From Azolla caroliniana (Eukaryota > Plantae > Polypodiophyta), in the NCBI GenBank assembly GCA_043228905.1, contig JBHGNT010000004.1:19406001-19470000 (forward strand): a stretch of DNA of 64,000 nt. The letters run 5' to 3'. Below are positions 38,588 through 50,040 of the stretch, in pieces. Within the stretch, counting starts at the first letter, position 1; each line of letters begins with the position of its first letter. The notes beneath the pieces were generated by a model. It was given only the letters and a program-made list of their open reading frames with translations. It was not told where the DNA came from and did not search any database. The position numbers and the translations under genes are program-made.

Positions 38588-41500
38588 TGTTGGCCGGTCA
38601 GAAGAGCAAGGACAAGTGGGAAGGTGGATCGGATAATAGGAAGTAATAGTAGAATTATTATTCGGAGGGACGGATTCGGTACAGTTGTACCGATCCGGAT
38701 CCGAACCGATTCGGATGTCGGTTGCCTAAGCGCACCGATTGTAACCTTGCCGGATGCCTATAAAAGGATCCGATGATTTGTAAAATGTTCGACGGAAGTA
38801 ATACAATAGTAATTGTCGTGTATTTATCTGTATCTCGTATTGTTTGCCGTCCGTGCTTAATTGTAATCATCTTATGCGTGTAACCTAGCATCCAATCCTT
38901 ACCACCCCTTTGGAGAAGTGTCGGGTAGACACCTGTGTTGAGGCTAGTCCGGCTAGACAGACAACACTATTTTAGCGACCACGATTCCTGCAAAGTGCAG
39001 AGGACAACCGGGGGATGGATGTTTAGACCAAACGACGACCACATCACCGAACGAGGGAGACGATACACCGAACGCGAGCAACGACGGGAAGCCCTGCAGC
39101 AAGCCGTCGACGAGATCCGGCGGGATCGGTCATTCTCCAAAACTCTTCGGAGAGTCACAGAAGAAGCACTACAGTTCCGGGTTCTGCAAATCCCCGACGA
39201 AGGCAGTAGCATAACAAGCCTGCAAGAGGCGGAAACGATACTGCAGACGCTCGCCGCGGGCGACGGGGACTCGGAAGCATTCGCAACACTTGAGGCGGAG
39301 TCGGAAAGCGACGGAAGTGTTGCATCCCGGTATAAAAGCAGCCACGACACACCAAACGACCGGGAGGACGAGGGGTCGGAAGACTCAGTAACACCGGCGC
39401 CAGAGGAAGAAATAACCCTGGAATTCGGTGACCGGCAACCGCCGAGGAAGGCTGACCAGATATCGACAACAACCGCGAGGGAACCGAAGGAGCGGATACC
39501 GACAACACCCGCGGAGGAACCAACGGACCGGACACCGGCAACACCCGCGGAGGAACCAAAGGTTCACACACCAACGCCAACAGCGGATAGGGAACATGAG
39601 AGTCAGTTGGACGACACGATGCCGTACCCATACCCAAAGTACCGGGATGAGGCCGACGCGGAGGCACACGTGTACGCATTCCTCCAAACATGGGAAGCCA
39701 ACCATATCTCCCAAAGACTGACGGAGCCCGAGGCCGAACGATCCAAAATCGCCGAATTCGGCATAACCTTAGAAGGACCGGCGGCCCAATGGCACGCAAA
39801 GCACTTACCAGGCACCTTTGCCACATTCGATGCCTTGAAGGCCAGATTCCTCAGGTTTTTTCACAGACAATTTGAGCAAAGGGAATTGGTCGGGCAGTTC
39901 TACACAACCCGACAGGAAGAAAACGAGACTATGCCACAATTCATCATTCGGTTCCAGACCCTGCACAGCCAACTGACAAGAGCACCACCCGAAGACGAAG
40001 CCAAAGCAGTCTTTTTGGCCGCGCTGAAAGAGCCACTTCGAACAATGTGCGGAGTCCTTGATTTCCAAACCAGCACAATGGACCAAGTTATTGATCGGGT
40101 TTTAGAAATGGACAAGACTAGCCCCTTCTTGTCGATGGGGATGTTACACTGGGCACTCCCAAAAGAGGAAGACCTGAGGTTCCGACAGGCCTTACAATGT
40201 ACAACATGCCTAAATTCGGGGCACTCAACAGTAGACTGCACCCTGCGGACACAATGTGTGATCTGCAACTCTCGAGCCCATACAACGGACCGATGCGAAT
40301 ACAACCTGTTAAATCGGCAGGCAGCACCGGTTCGACACATAGAACCGCGCAATCAGAACCTGGACGAGGATTGGTTCCGGAGAGACGACCGCTACCAACG
40401 CGAACGCGGTAACAGATACGCTGATAGAAGACGCGACAACTATGACCGAGAGGAGAGACGCAGAGATAGCTACCCCCGGGACCGGTATGACAAAGACGAA
40501 TCCCCGGAAGACGACAGACGCGGAGAAGAGAGGCGACAAGGATACGCTGATAGAAGACGCGACAACTATGACCGAGAGGAGAGACGCAAAGAAAGCTACC
40601 CCCGGGACCGGTACGACCGAGACGGAGCCCCGGAATACGACCGACGCGGAGAAGAAAGGCGACAAGGGAACCGAAATTTCCGATGGAATCAGAAGCGTGG
40701 ATTTTTCCGAAGAGAGGAACGTCGGGAGGCAGCAAGGAATGACAACCCGGTATCCGTACCGGATAACCGAAAAACCGAAGACGACCGCCGGAGCATACCC
40801 ACCCTCCAAACCGGGGACAAAGGAGAAACGAGCAACAGTCACAAGGTGTACTGTTATTACTGCCGCAAGGAAGGCCACTATAGTAACCAATGCCCAAGCA
40901 AAAGCTATGACAAGCAGCCGGAAGTCAACATGGTTACAGCCGAAATAACAGAAGTACAGCAGGTCACAACCCGGTCAAAGGGAAAGACCGCCGAGTGGGA
41001 GGCCCAGGAGGCAATCAGAAAACAAGTGACACAATGGATCAAGGAGGCCAATGAACAGAATGCGGCAGAAGTAAGAGACAAAAATATTCCAAAAGACGAA
41101 GAAATCATACAGCCAGGCGAGAACCCGACGTGGCAAGCACTACAGGACTGTCAAATCGTGCTGCCGTTAGCACGACTACTACAGTTAGTGCCACGATTTA
41201 CGGCAGACCTACAGGCATCCGTCAGCAAACCGAAGCTGACGCCAGCACCGGCATTCTTCTCCAACCCGGAGGAAGGACCAGCGGTGGTCGATACAAGTAG
41301 CCCGGCAATCACGACAATCGTGAAAGGAAAGGAAATTGCTGGAACGATTATTGACGGAGGCTCCGGGGTAAATGTCATCAGCCAACAGACATGCAACGAC
41401 CTGGGCATCCGGGAATGGGAACCATGCCCCTTCTGGTTACGCATGGCGGATACTAGCTCAGTTCGACCGACCGGGCTTATCCGGGATTTGGAAATCACGA

Positions 41501-44500
41501 TCGGAGGCCACGTATTCCGGATATCGGCCGTGGTGCTGCAGCTGAATGTACAAGGCGCGTACCCCCTACTGCTAGGACGACCATGGCTGCGAACGACGCA
41601 TATCAAGCAGAACTGGCAAAAGAACATGATCACATTCCGGCGAGGGAAAACAAAGGTACGAGTAACGACACAACCACGGGTGATCACTAGTAAGGAAGCA
41701 ACTCCATTGTATGCGGAAAGCATTAACATGTTGGAGGGATTACCGGACGAGGAAGTCGAGCGGTACCTAGAGGAACACCCACGAATCGTCCCACTATTTG
41801 AGGTGGATATTACGGCGGCAGTAGAACCGTACATTACGACGCCGGAAGAACCGGACCAAGCGGCGATCCGGGAACTACGACAAGCGCAGGAATCCCTAGA
41901 GAGGGAAATGACGATATCCCAGAGGGTAAAAGCATCCCAACTCGAGGAGGTGGACCTCGGCATAGCAGACAAGCCCCGACCAGTAAATGTTGCAAAGGAA
42001 TTGCCGAAGGAAGAAAAGAAGGCAATGGTAGCATTGTTAATAGACTTCAAGGATGTGTTCGCGTGGTCGTACGAAGACATGCGAGGGCTGGACCCCCAGC
42101 TCTATCAGCACCAAATTCACCTAAGTACGGACGCGAAACCGATTGCTCAACGCAGGTACCGGATGAATCCGAATTATGTGGCAAAGGTGAAGGAGGAAAT
42201 TGATAAGATCCTCCGGGTCGGATTTATCCGACCGGTCAAGCAGGCAACCTAGCTAAGTCCGATAGTGGTGGTCCCGAAAAAGAACGGAAAAATCCGGGTA
42301 TGCGTGGACTACCGAAAACTAAATGCCGCGACAGTGACCGATGCGTTTCCACTACCATTTACGGACGGGGTGTTAGATGCGGTAGCCGGGCACGAAGTTT
42401 ACAGCTTCCTGGATGGATTTAGCGGCTACAACCAAATACGAATGAACCCGGCCGACCAAGAGAAGACAACGTTTGTGACGGAATGGGGAGTGTTCGTCGC
42501 GGTCGTGATGATGTTCGGACTAAAGACGGCTCCAGCGACCTTTCAAAGGATAATAATGGAAATTTTCGGGGAATATATCCCCGGTTTTATGCAGGTCTTC
42601 CTTGACGATTTCGCGGTCTACAGCCGGCACGGAGAGCATCTCGATCACCTCCGGCTGTGCTTGGAGAAGTGCCGCGAGTACCGATTGAGCCTGAATCCGG
42701 CCAAGTGCGTCTTTGGAGTGGCAAGCGGCAACTTGCTAGGGCACGTGGTGAGTAAGGAAGGAATCGCGGTAGATCCGGATAAAGTCAAGGCAATTCTTGA
42801 TGCACCAGCACCAAGTAACGCAAAGGCTTTAAGCCGGTTCCTGGGCCAAATAAGGTGGCATAGCCGGATGATACGGCACCTCGCGGACTTCGCTACACCG
42901 TTACATACCGCCGTACATAGGGTACCCTTCCTATGGGCAGAGACGGAGGATGAAGCCTACAAAGCGTTGAAGGTCATGCTGTCGCAAGCTCCGGTGGTGC
43001 AACCGCCGGATTGGAGTAAAAGCTTTCACGTCTTCGTCGACGTGTCGGACGTAGCAATCGGCAACGTTCTGATGCAACTCACAGAGCCGAAATGGTACCG
43101 ACCGGTGTACTACGCAAGCCGGAAACTCTCAAAAGCCGAACGGAATTACTCTACGACGGAACGCGAGGCATTGGGAATGGTGTATAGTGTCACAAAGTAC
43201 AGGCACTATCTGCTCGGAAGGAAGTTTTCCTTCCATGTCGACCATTCGGCACTACTCTACCTGGTCTCGAAGGCATCCCTGACGGGAAAAATTGCACGGT
43301 GGACACTGCTACTACAGGAATTTGAATTCGACATTTTCCACCGACCCGGGGCGCAGCATGCGGTAGCAGACTATCTAAGCAGACTTGAATCCGGAGAAGC
43401 AAGGGACGGCGTCCAGGATGAGTTTCCCGACGCCGAATTGTTCCGGATCACGACGAAACCGGCAACGGATACAACGGTAGCCGACGAAGACACATGGCTA
43501 ACTGAGATGCACCAGTTCCTGAGCACCGGAGTTCCCCCGGACAACATGGACCGCGATGAAAGGAAAAGGGTAGCAGTAAGAAGTAGACATTTCTGCTTGG
43601 TTGGAGACACCCTCTATCACAAGGGGGCAGATGGCATCTGGAGGCGAGCAGTGCGGAGCGATGAGAAGGATCTAATCCTCAGGGAAGCCCACTGTGGAAT
43701 TGCCGGCGGGCATTATGCCGGCGACGCAACCGCTCGGAAAATATGGCAGAGCGGACTGTGGTGGCCGACCACCCTAAAAGATGCCGTGAAGTATAGCAGA
43801 GAATGCGATTTGTGTCAACGACTCGGCCAACCCACAGAGCAGGCCCGGATGCCACACCACCCGGTCTTGCCCTTAGAACCGTTTCAAAAGTGGGGGTTGG
43901 ACTTTGTCGGTCCCTTCAAACCACCGGCAATGCGAACCGGAAATCGGTATGTCATAGTGGCGACCGACTATTGCACCAAATGGGTAGAAGCAAAGGCCTT
44001 ACGGGACAACACGGCCGCTTCCACGGCAAAGTTTCTGTACGAATGCATATGGTGCCAGTATGGATGCCCGATCGAGCTTATAAGTGACCAAGGAGGACAT
44101 TTTCTCGGGCAGGTAGTAGAAAGCCTGACGTCATTTTACGCGGTGGTACATAAAAAGAGTACACCCTACTACCCTCAAGCCAATGGACTAGCGGAATCAA
44201 CGAACAAAACTCTGCAGAACATCCTACGAAAAATTGTCAACGAGAACCGGACCGACTGGGATACGAAATTGCAAAGCGCGCTATGGGCGTACCGAACAAC
44301 GTACAAAACCAGCATCCGGACAACCCCGTTCCGACTAGCATTCGGGTTAGAAGCGGTCATGCCGGTAGAGTTCCAGATCCCCAGCTTACGGATTCAAGTA
44401 AAGGAGCGCTTAAGTGAGAACGAGTCCGAACAAATCCGACTGGCAACACTGTTGGAATTAGAGGAAAACCGAATAGCCAGCTTACTACAACTCGAACTGG

Positions 44501-44514
44501 AGCAAAGGAAGAAG
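38588..44514 (+). mobile_element. Non-chromovirus Gypsy B2 (relative of B1), 3'-truncated
   Basis: LTR 38588-38966 (TGTTG...CAACA); PBS-like TAGCGACCAC at 38973-38982 (tRNA-Arg-like). Confidence 0.9.
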
Positions 44515-44517
44515 TGA
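39019..44517 (+). pseudogene. gag-pol: B2 single-frame gag-pol with one nonsense codon (TGG>TAG at 42250-42252) and truncated integrase
   Basis: ORFs 38935-42252 and 42265-44517 share a frame; three CCHC knuckles, IIDGGS, FLDDF, RNase H, integrase. Confidence 0.93.
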
Positions 44518-44863
44518 GCGAGACGGAGAGAAAGAGAGAGATCGAGAGAGAGAGAGAGAGTGATGATAAGAAAGATATGTATTATATGAAGAGAATATAC
44601 AATGGTGGCTAAAAGGCTTAAGACTGGCGTTGAACCAATTTGGTTCAATATAATGCCTAGTGCCCTCTTTTATAGTGTTTTCAGGAGTAATCCTGAAGCT
44701 TCTAGAATGTTCTAGAGAAATCTGGAATATACACTAATTTCCTATAATAAAATGTAAATGAAAATAATATCCTACGTATTACAATAGATGATCTAATGGT
44801 CAAGAGCTCGACCCATATAACCTAAGGTCATGGGTTCGAGTCTTGCCATATCATGACATGTGT

Positions 44864-47342
44864 ACCCTCGACCCCTTGCAATGCCTAGGAACAGAGCCGG
44901 TTTAATTATAGCCACATATGAGGGTATACAGGTGGGCTGGTCAGTGCTGATCTCTGGCAGACTACACACGGCCATCGATTCGGTAAGAGGGAAGGATCGC
45001 AGGAAAATATGGTCAGCGATGGCGCAATGGCTCACACTATTAGCACCACCAGTGGAGCCCATCATGGCGAAGACGCGGGGAAGATCAATCGAAGGAACCT
45101 CCAAAACAGCTTCAAAACGGTAGCAGCTATTGGCCCTAAGGCAACCAAAGGGATGGAGGCCCACAATGAAAAAACGGCGAAAGAGCGGCCTAACCAGGCG
45201 GAGACGCAGGAGGCACACCGACATGTCCAATAAAGAGTACATTGTGCCAACCAGGTCAACAGGAGCCAGATCCCTTGGCAATGAAAATCAATCTTGGGAC
45301 TCAAGAGGAGGAAACGGCAGTGGAGCCCAACGAGCACCTCCAACGGCGCCAGAAGAAGATCACTGCACACCATGCAGGGGAGCAATCGGGTCCAGAGAAG
45401 GATAGGAAGTCGATACCCTGCACTAAGGGCCCAGAGCCAAGGGTGGAAGCGGGACCGGTTCCTACAGAACCGGTCACAGAATTCCCTGTGCAGCAAGCTA
45501 CGCGGATGGGTCAGGACATAACAAGACCCGTGATTCAGGAGCATGGTGATCCAGTTGTCTACACAATCGGCACACCAGGACCAACCAAAGCCGAAACGGC
45601 CAACTGAGGCACAACCAGAGCCAGAACTGACAAGTGGTAACCAACCGGAGCCAGAGTTACCAACCAGACAAGATCAACCACTGGCATGCGCAGAAATCGG
45701 CCAACCCTCCGTGCAAACACAACAACAACGCACCAGCAGCCAATGGCTGTGGTGGATCGGTGAGCAAGTAGCCGGAGTGGTCCATTATATGGAGGCAGAA
45801 GAGAGAGCACAATTGGAGCGGTTGCTAGCCACAACCGGAGAACTAGAGAAGGCCCGGTCAAGGATCCGGAGCTTGGAACAAGAATTGGAAATAGCCAAGG
45901 AAGAATTGGCTAAGATGGTCATAACAGGACCCCAGGAACAAGAACCGGTGGCTCCGGTACATGTACAGAATAATGAAACACCGACAACTATTCAAAATCA
46001 TACGACCCCGGTGACGGAAACAATCCCGGATACAATCATTACAGCGCAAGCACAAGAGCTTGTTGTTCTCAAAGAATACCTGGCCGCACAGGAAGCATTA
46101 CGGGCCAGGGAAAGAGAATTAAAAATAGTTGTGGAGGAGGAACAACAGAAGACTGCCGACAACCTCCACCAAGCAGAAGAAAGCCTACGGAAGGGACACC
46201 AAGCCTATGACCGGCTTAAGGAAGAGAAAGAAAAATTGCTGCAAGAGAAGGATAAACTCCGAAGGATGGCAGAAACAGAGATAGAGAGGCTGAAAGAAGA
46301 GCTTCGGCAACAAAAGGATAGGGAAGACCGAGCTGAGAAGATGTTCGAGCGACCGGTAGCAGGAGAAGATGTTCGAGCTCCGGAACGAAGTGCAACGGGC
46401 AGAGACAGCACTAGCGGAAGATTTGGCTGAGAAGGAAACCATACGAACTGAAGCGGCACAAGAACGCCTGGAACTCTAGATGCAACATCATACAGAAACG
46501 GACCGCGCCACCATGGTCTTACAAAGAGTGCAGAAAACTTATCAGAATCAACCGGTGCGCTACAAGGACCAGGAGGTGGTAATGGCGAACCTGATAAAAC
46601 AGTTGAAAGATGAACGGCAGGCCACTGAAGACAAATCAAAGATGGGGCTGGAGTGGATCCGATGCATTGTACAAGCATGGCAGAATCGAACGAAGCGATT
46701 GATTGAAGACAACTCAGTATTATGGTGGTCGAAATGGGCGAAGCATGTTGTCGAGCTACAGTTGCTGAGAGCGGACGTAGAAAACCGGCAAAAGGAAGTA
46801 GATGAGTTCTATAAGCTAGAAAAGGAAGACTTTGCTGCCGTGAAAGATGAATTGGCAGATGACTTCGTAGCGTTGGCTGATGAACAGATCGCAGTGGTCC
46901 GGCAATTAGTAGCACAACTGGACGATGATCGGTTGGATAACCAAATCCGGTTTGAAAGTTACGAAAAGGAGAGGCTACAGCAAGAGGCGACGAAAAGCGC
47001 GGCAACAATCAATCTCAGTGATGAGGAGCCATCGTTGGAGCAAAGGAAGGACAGAGACAAGGCTTGGACAAGCCAACCGGATTTAACTCAGGAGGACTAG
47101 CCAAGGGAGGAATATCCCCAAAAACCGCTAGCACCTAGAGCCGGACAATAGCTATCGAAGGAGCAACGCTTAGAAGAGCCGGAGACCGCGCAACAACAGG
47201 AGCAACAACAACAACCAACGGAGCAGAAGCCGGAACAACAACCACAGCCAACGAAGCAGCAACAGTAGTAGTCTGATCAGCTTTCCAAAGAACCCTTACA
47301 GCCCCTCGATCAGATCATTCTGGACATTTTCGATGAGGATTG
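44864..47342 (+). pseudogene. B1 accessory ORF, 3' part (low-complexity then coiled-coil-like)
   Basis: ORFs 44860-45123, 45543-46430 and 46480-47100 with E/K/Q/R-rich heptad-like sequence. Confidence 0.7.
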
Positions 47343-47596
47343 AAGGCCCGGTTACATTGTAAATCAGGATGGATAATTAATAAAGCCCCATTGTCTTATC
47401 TCTGTGTATTGATTACCGTTCTATGCTAATTACTTTCTATCTTATGCGTGTATTAAGATTCAATATATATTGCTTAAGTCTTCGATAAAGGTCTGATTAA
47501 TCATCGGTCTAACTCTATCTCACCGTAGCACCCTTTGGTGAAGTGTCTTCTGTAGACACGCTGTGTTAGGCTATTGTCCGACGCTTAGGAGTAACA
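47343..47596 (+). repeat. B1 3' LTR, U3 and PPT deleted
   Basis: Matches 21489-21742; ends GAGTAACA. Confidence 0.9.
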
Positions 47597-48556
47597 TGGA
47601 TTTCTAACCACTAAGACTTGACTTCCTATGTGGCATGAATAAATTCATGTCCACAATCTATATGACATATGAGGTCACACTACATAAAGCCATGGACAAA
47701 TTCATGTGCACATTCTTCATGAAATAGGAGCCAAGATTCCATTTGTTTCAATATTGTGGAATGTGGAAAATGAAAACCAATGGCATGCCAACTTCATACC
47801 CTACCAAATTCAAAATGTAACAGTTTTCACACGTAAATGTACACTAAATTTCGGAGTTATTAATGGGATGAACACGGAAGTCTCGACTGCGACGACCTCG
47901 AAATTAATTATTATGGTTATTTACATTGTGGCGTGAATAAATATATGTACACAATCTATATGATAGTTGAGGCAAGTCTCACTAAAGCCATGGATAAATT
48001 CATGTTCACATTCTATATTGTGTAATGAGAAAAATGAAAACCAATGATATGCCAACTTCATACCCTACCGAATTCAAAATCTAACAGTTTTCACACGTGA
48101 ATGTGCACTGAATTTCGGGGTCGCTAAATGGATGTACGCACAAGTCTCGACTGGGATGATCTCGAAATTTAACCATTGAGTCGATTTTTTTGCTGAAATT
48201 AACTATTATGGTTATTTGCTTTTGCAAAAAATAATCCATGTACAAATTCGATACGTAATATGTGTCAAGGCCCTCCGCTACCATTATATAATGTCAAGCT
48301 CATTGTTTGTCAAGCTTAGGTTTCCATGACCATAACGTGGACTTCTAAGCACTAAAATACAACCAGACACTAGTCTTAAATTGAAAAAAATCGTGGCTGG
48401 GATGAACATTTGATAGGAACTTTTATTGGGGACAAGTGGTTGTAGTTTTTTGCTCAAATTAAATTGTTACGCTCCTCGGTATTTCCAACCAACTGCCTAT
48501 CTCAAATCTATTGGGATTGCAAGCATCTTTATAACTTGATATAGACTCAATTTTGG

Positions 48557-48628
48557 TGTGGTTGCTGGTATTCGAGCCCAAGTCTCAACGGTCGCAACGT
48601 GGAATTCTAACTACTAAATTACAACGAC
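48557..48628 (-). pseudogene. Degenerate tRNA-His copy
   Basis: Multiple substitutions including the anticodon. Confidence 0.78.
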
Positions 48629-49403
48629 CGAGTTTCCATGTTGCATGCATAAATTCATAGCTACGCTATATAACATATTAGGCAAGTTTCCATAAAGGCA
48701 TCATAAGTCTGGAACTCTAATAAGTAAGACTTGATTTCCTATACGGCATGAACAAATTCATGTACACAATCTATATGACATATGAGGCAACTTTGCATAA
48801 AGCCAGGGACAAATTCATGTGCACATTCTATATGAAATAGGAGCCAACATTGGACTGATGACAATATTCTGCAATGTGGAAAATGAAAACTAATGATATG
48901 CCAATTTCATACGACTGCTGAATTTAAAATCTAACAGCTTTCTTACGTGAATGTACACTGAATTTTGGGGTCGTTAATGGGATGTACGCGGAAGTTTGGA
49001 CAACAACGACCTCGAAATTTAACCACGGTGTCGATTTTTTTGCTCAAATTAATTATTCTTGTTATTTACATTTGGAAACAATAATCCATGAACACATTTG
49101 ATACGTAATATGCGTTAAGGCCCTCCACTAGCATTCTATAATGTCAAGCTCATTGTTTGTCGAGCTTAGGTCTCCATCACCATAACGTGGACTTCTAACC
49201 ACTAATCTACAACCACAAAATGCTTTTAAACCCTAAACAATGTTGGTTGGGGTGAACATTTGGTAAGAACCTTTGTTGGGGATGATTGGTCGTATCTTTT
49301 TGCTCAAATTAAATTGTTACACTCGGTATTTCCAACCAACTTCATATCTCAAATCCATTGGGATTCAAAGCATATTTACAAGTTGATATAGACTCAGTTT
49401 TGG

Positions 49404-49475
49404 TGTGGTTGCTGGGATTCGAGCCCAGGTCTCCACGGCCACAACGTGGAATTCTAACCACTAAACTACAACCAC
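49404..49475 (-). tRNA. trnH-GUG: tRNA-His(GUG), intact consensus copy
   Basis: Identical to 10591-10662, with G-1 and CCA. Confidence 0.92.
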
Positions 49476-49852
49476 CGAGTTTGTGTTACCAAATTGGAAC
49501 TAACTCACCATTAAGTAATGACTTCCCATGTTGCATGCATAAATTCATGGCTACATTCTATATAACATATTAGGCAAGTTTACATAAAGGTGTCCATAAC
49601 TGTGGAATTCTAATCACTAAGACTTGCCTTCCTATGTGGCGTGAATATATTGATGTACACAATCTATATGACATATGACGCAAGTCTCGATAAAGCCATG
49701 AACATTTGATAGAAACTTTTGTTGGGGACGGGTGGTTGTAGTTTTTTGCTGAAATTAAATTATTATGCTTCTCAATATTTGCAACCAACTTCCTATCTCA
49801 AATCCATTGGGATTCGAAGCATCTTTACAAGTTGATATAGACTCAGTTTTGG

Positions 49853-49924
49853 TGTGGTTGCTTGGATTCGAGCCCAGGTCTCCACGGCCACAACGTGGAA
49901 TTCTAGCCACTAAACTACAACTAC
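49853..49924 (-). pseudogene. tRNA-His copy with ~3 substitutions
   Basis: T-stem and acceptor mismatches. Confidence 0.72.
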
Positions 49925-50040
49925 CGAGTTTGTGTTGCCAAATTGGAACTAACTCTTCACAACCGCATCATGGAGTTGTAACCACGAAGTATTGACTTTC
50001 CATGTTGCATGCAGAAATGCATAGCTACACTCTATAGAAC

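Larger units (their letters stand above)
33592..44858 (-). mobile_element. Family A chromovirus A2
   Basis: Perfect TSD TGTGT (33587-33591/44859-44863); 3' LTR 33592-34027; PPT 34028-34043; truncated 5' LTR 44505-44858. Confidence 0.93.
15260..47596 (+). mobile_element. Non-chromovirus Ty3/Gypsy element B1 (Phygy/Athila/Tat-like), host of the nested insertions
   Basis: Termini TGTTA...TAACA; TSD TGGAA (15255-15259)/TGGAT (47597-47601); 5' LTR = 15260-15446 + 21483-21742; satellite resumes in register after 47596. Confidence 0.88.
47597..50040 (-). repeat. tRNA-His satellite, block 2
   Basis: Same unit with internal deletions; tRNA copies at 48557, 49404 and 49853. Confidence 0.93.

Noticed and set aside
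42240-42265. Possible programmed stop read-through between the two large B2 ORFs
   Set aside because: The TAG sits inside RT where B1 has TGG (Trp), so it is a nonsense mutation
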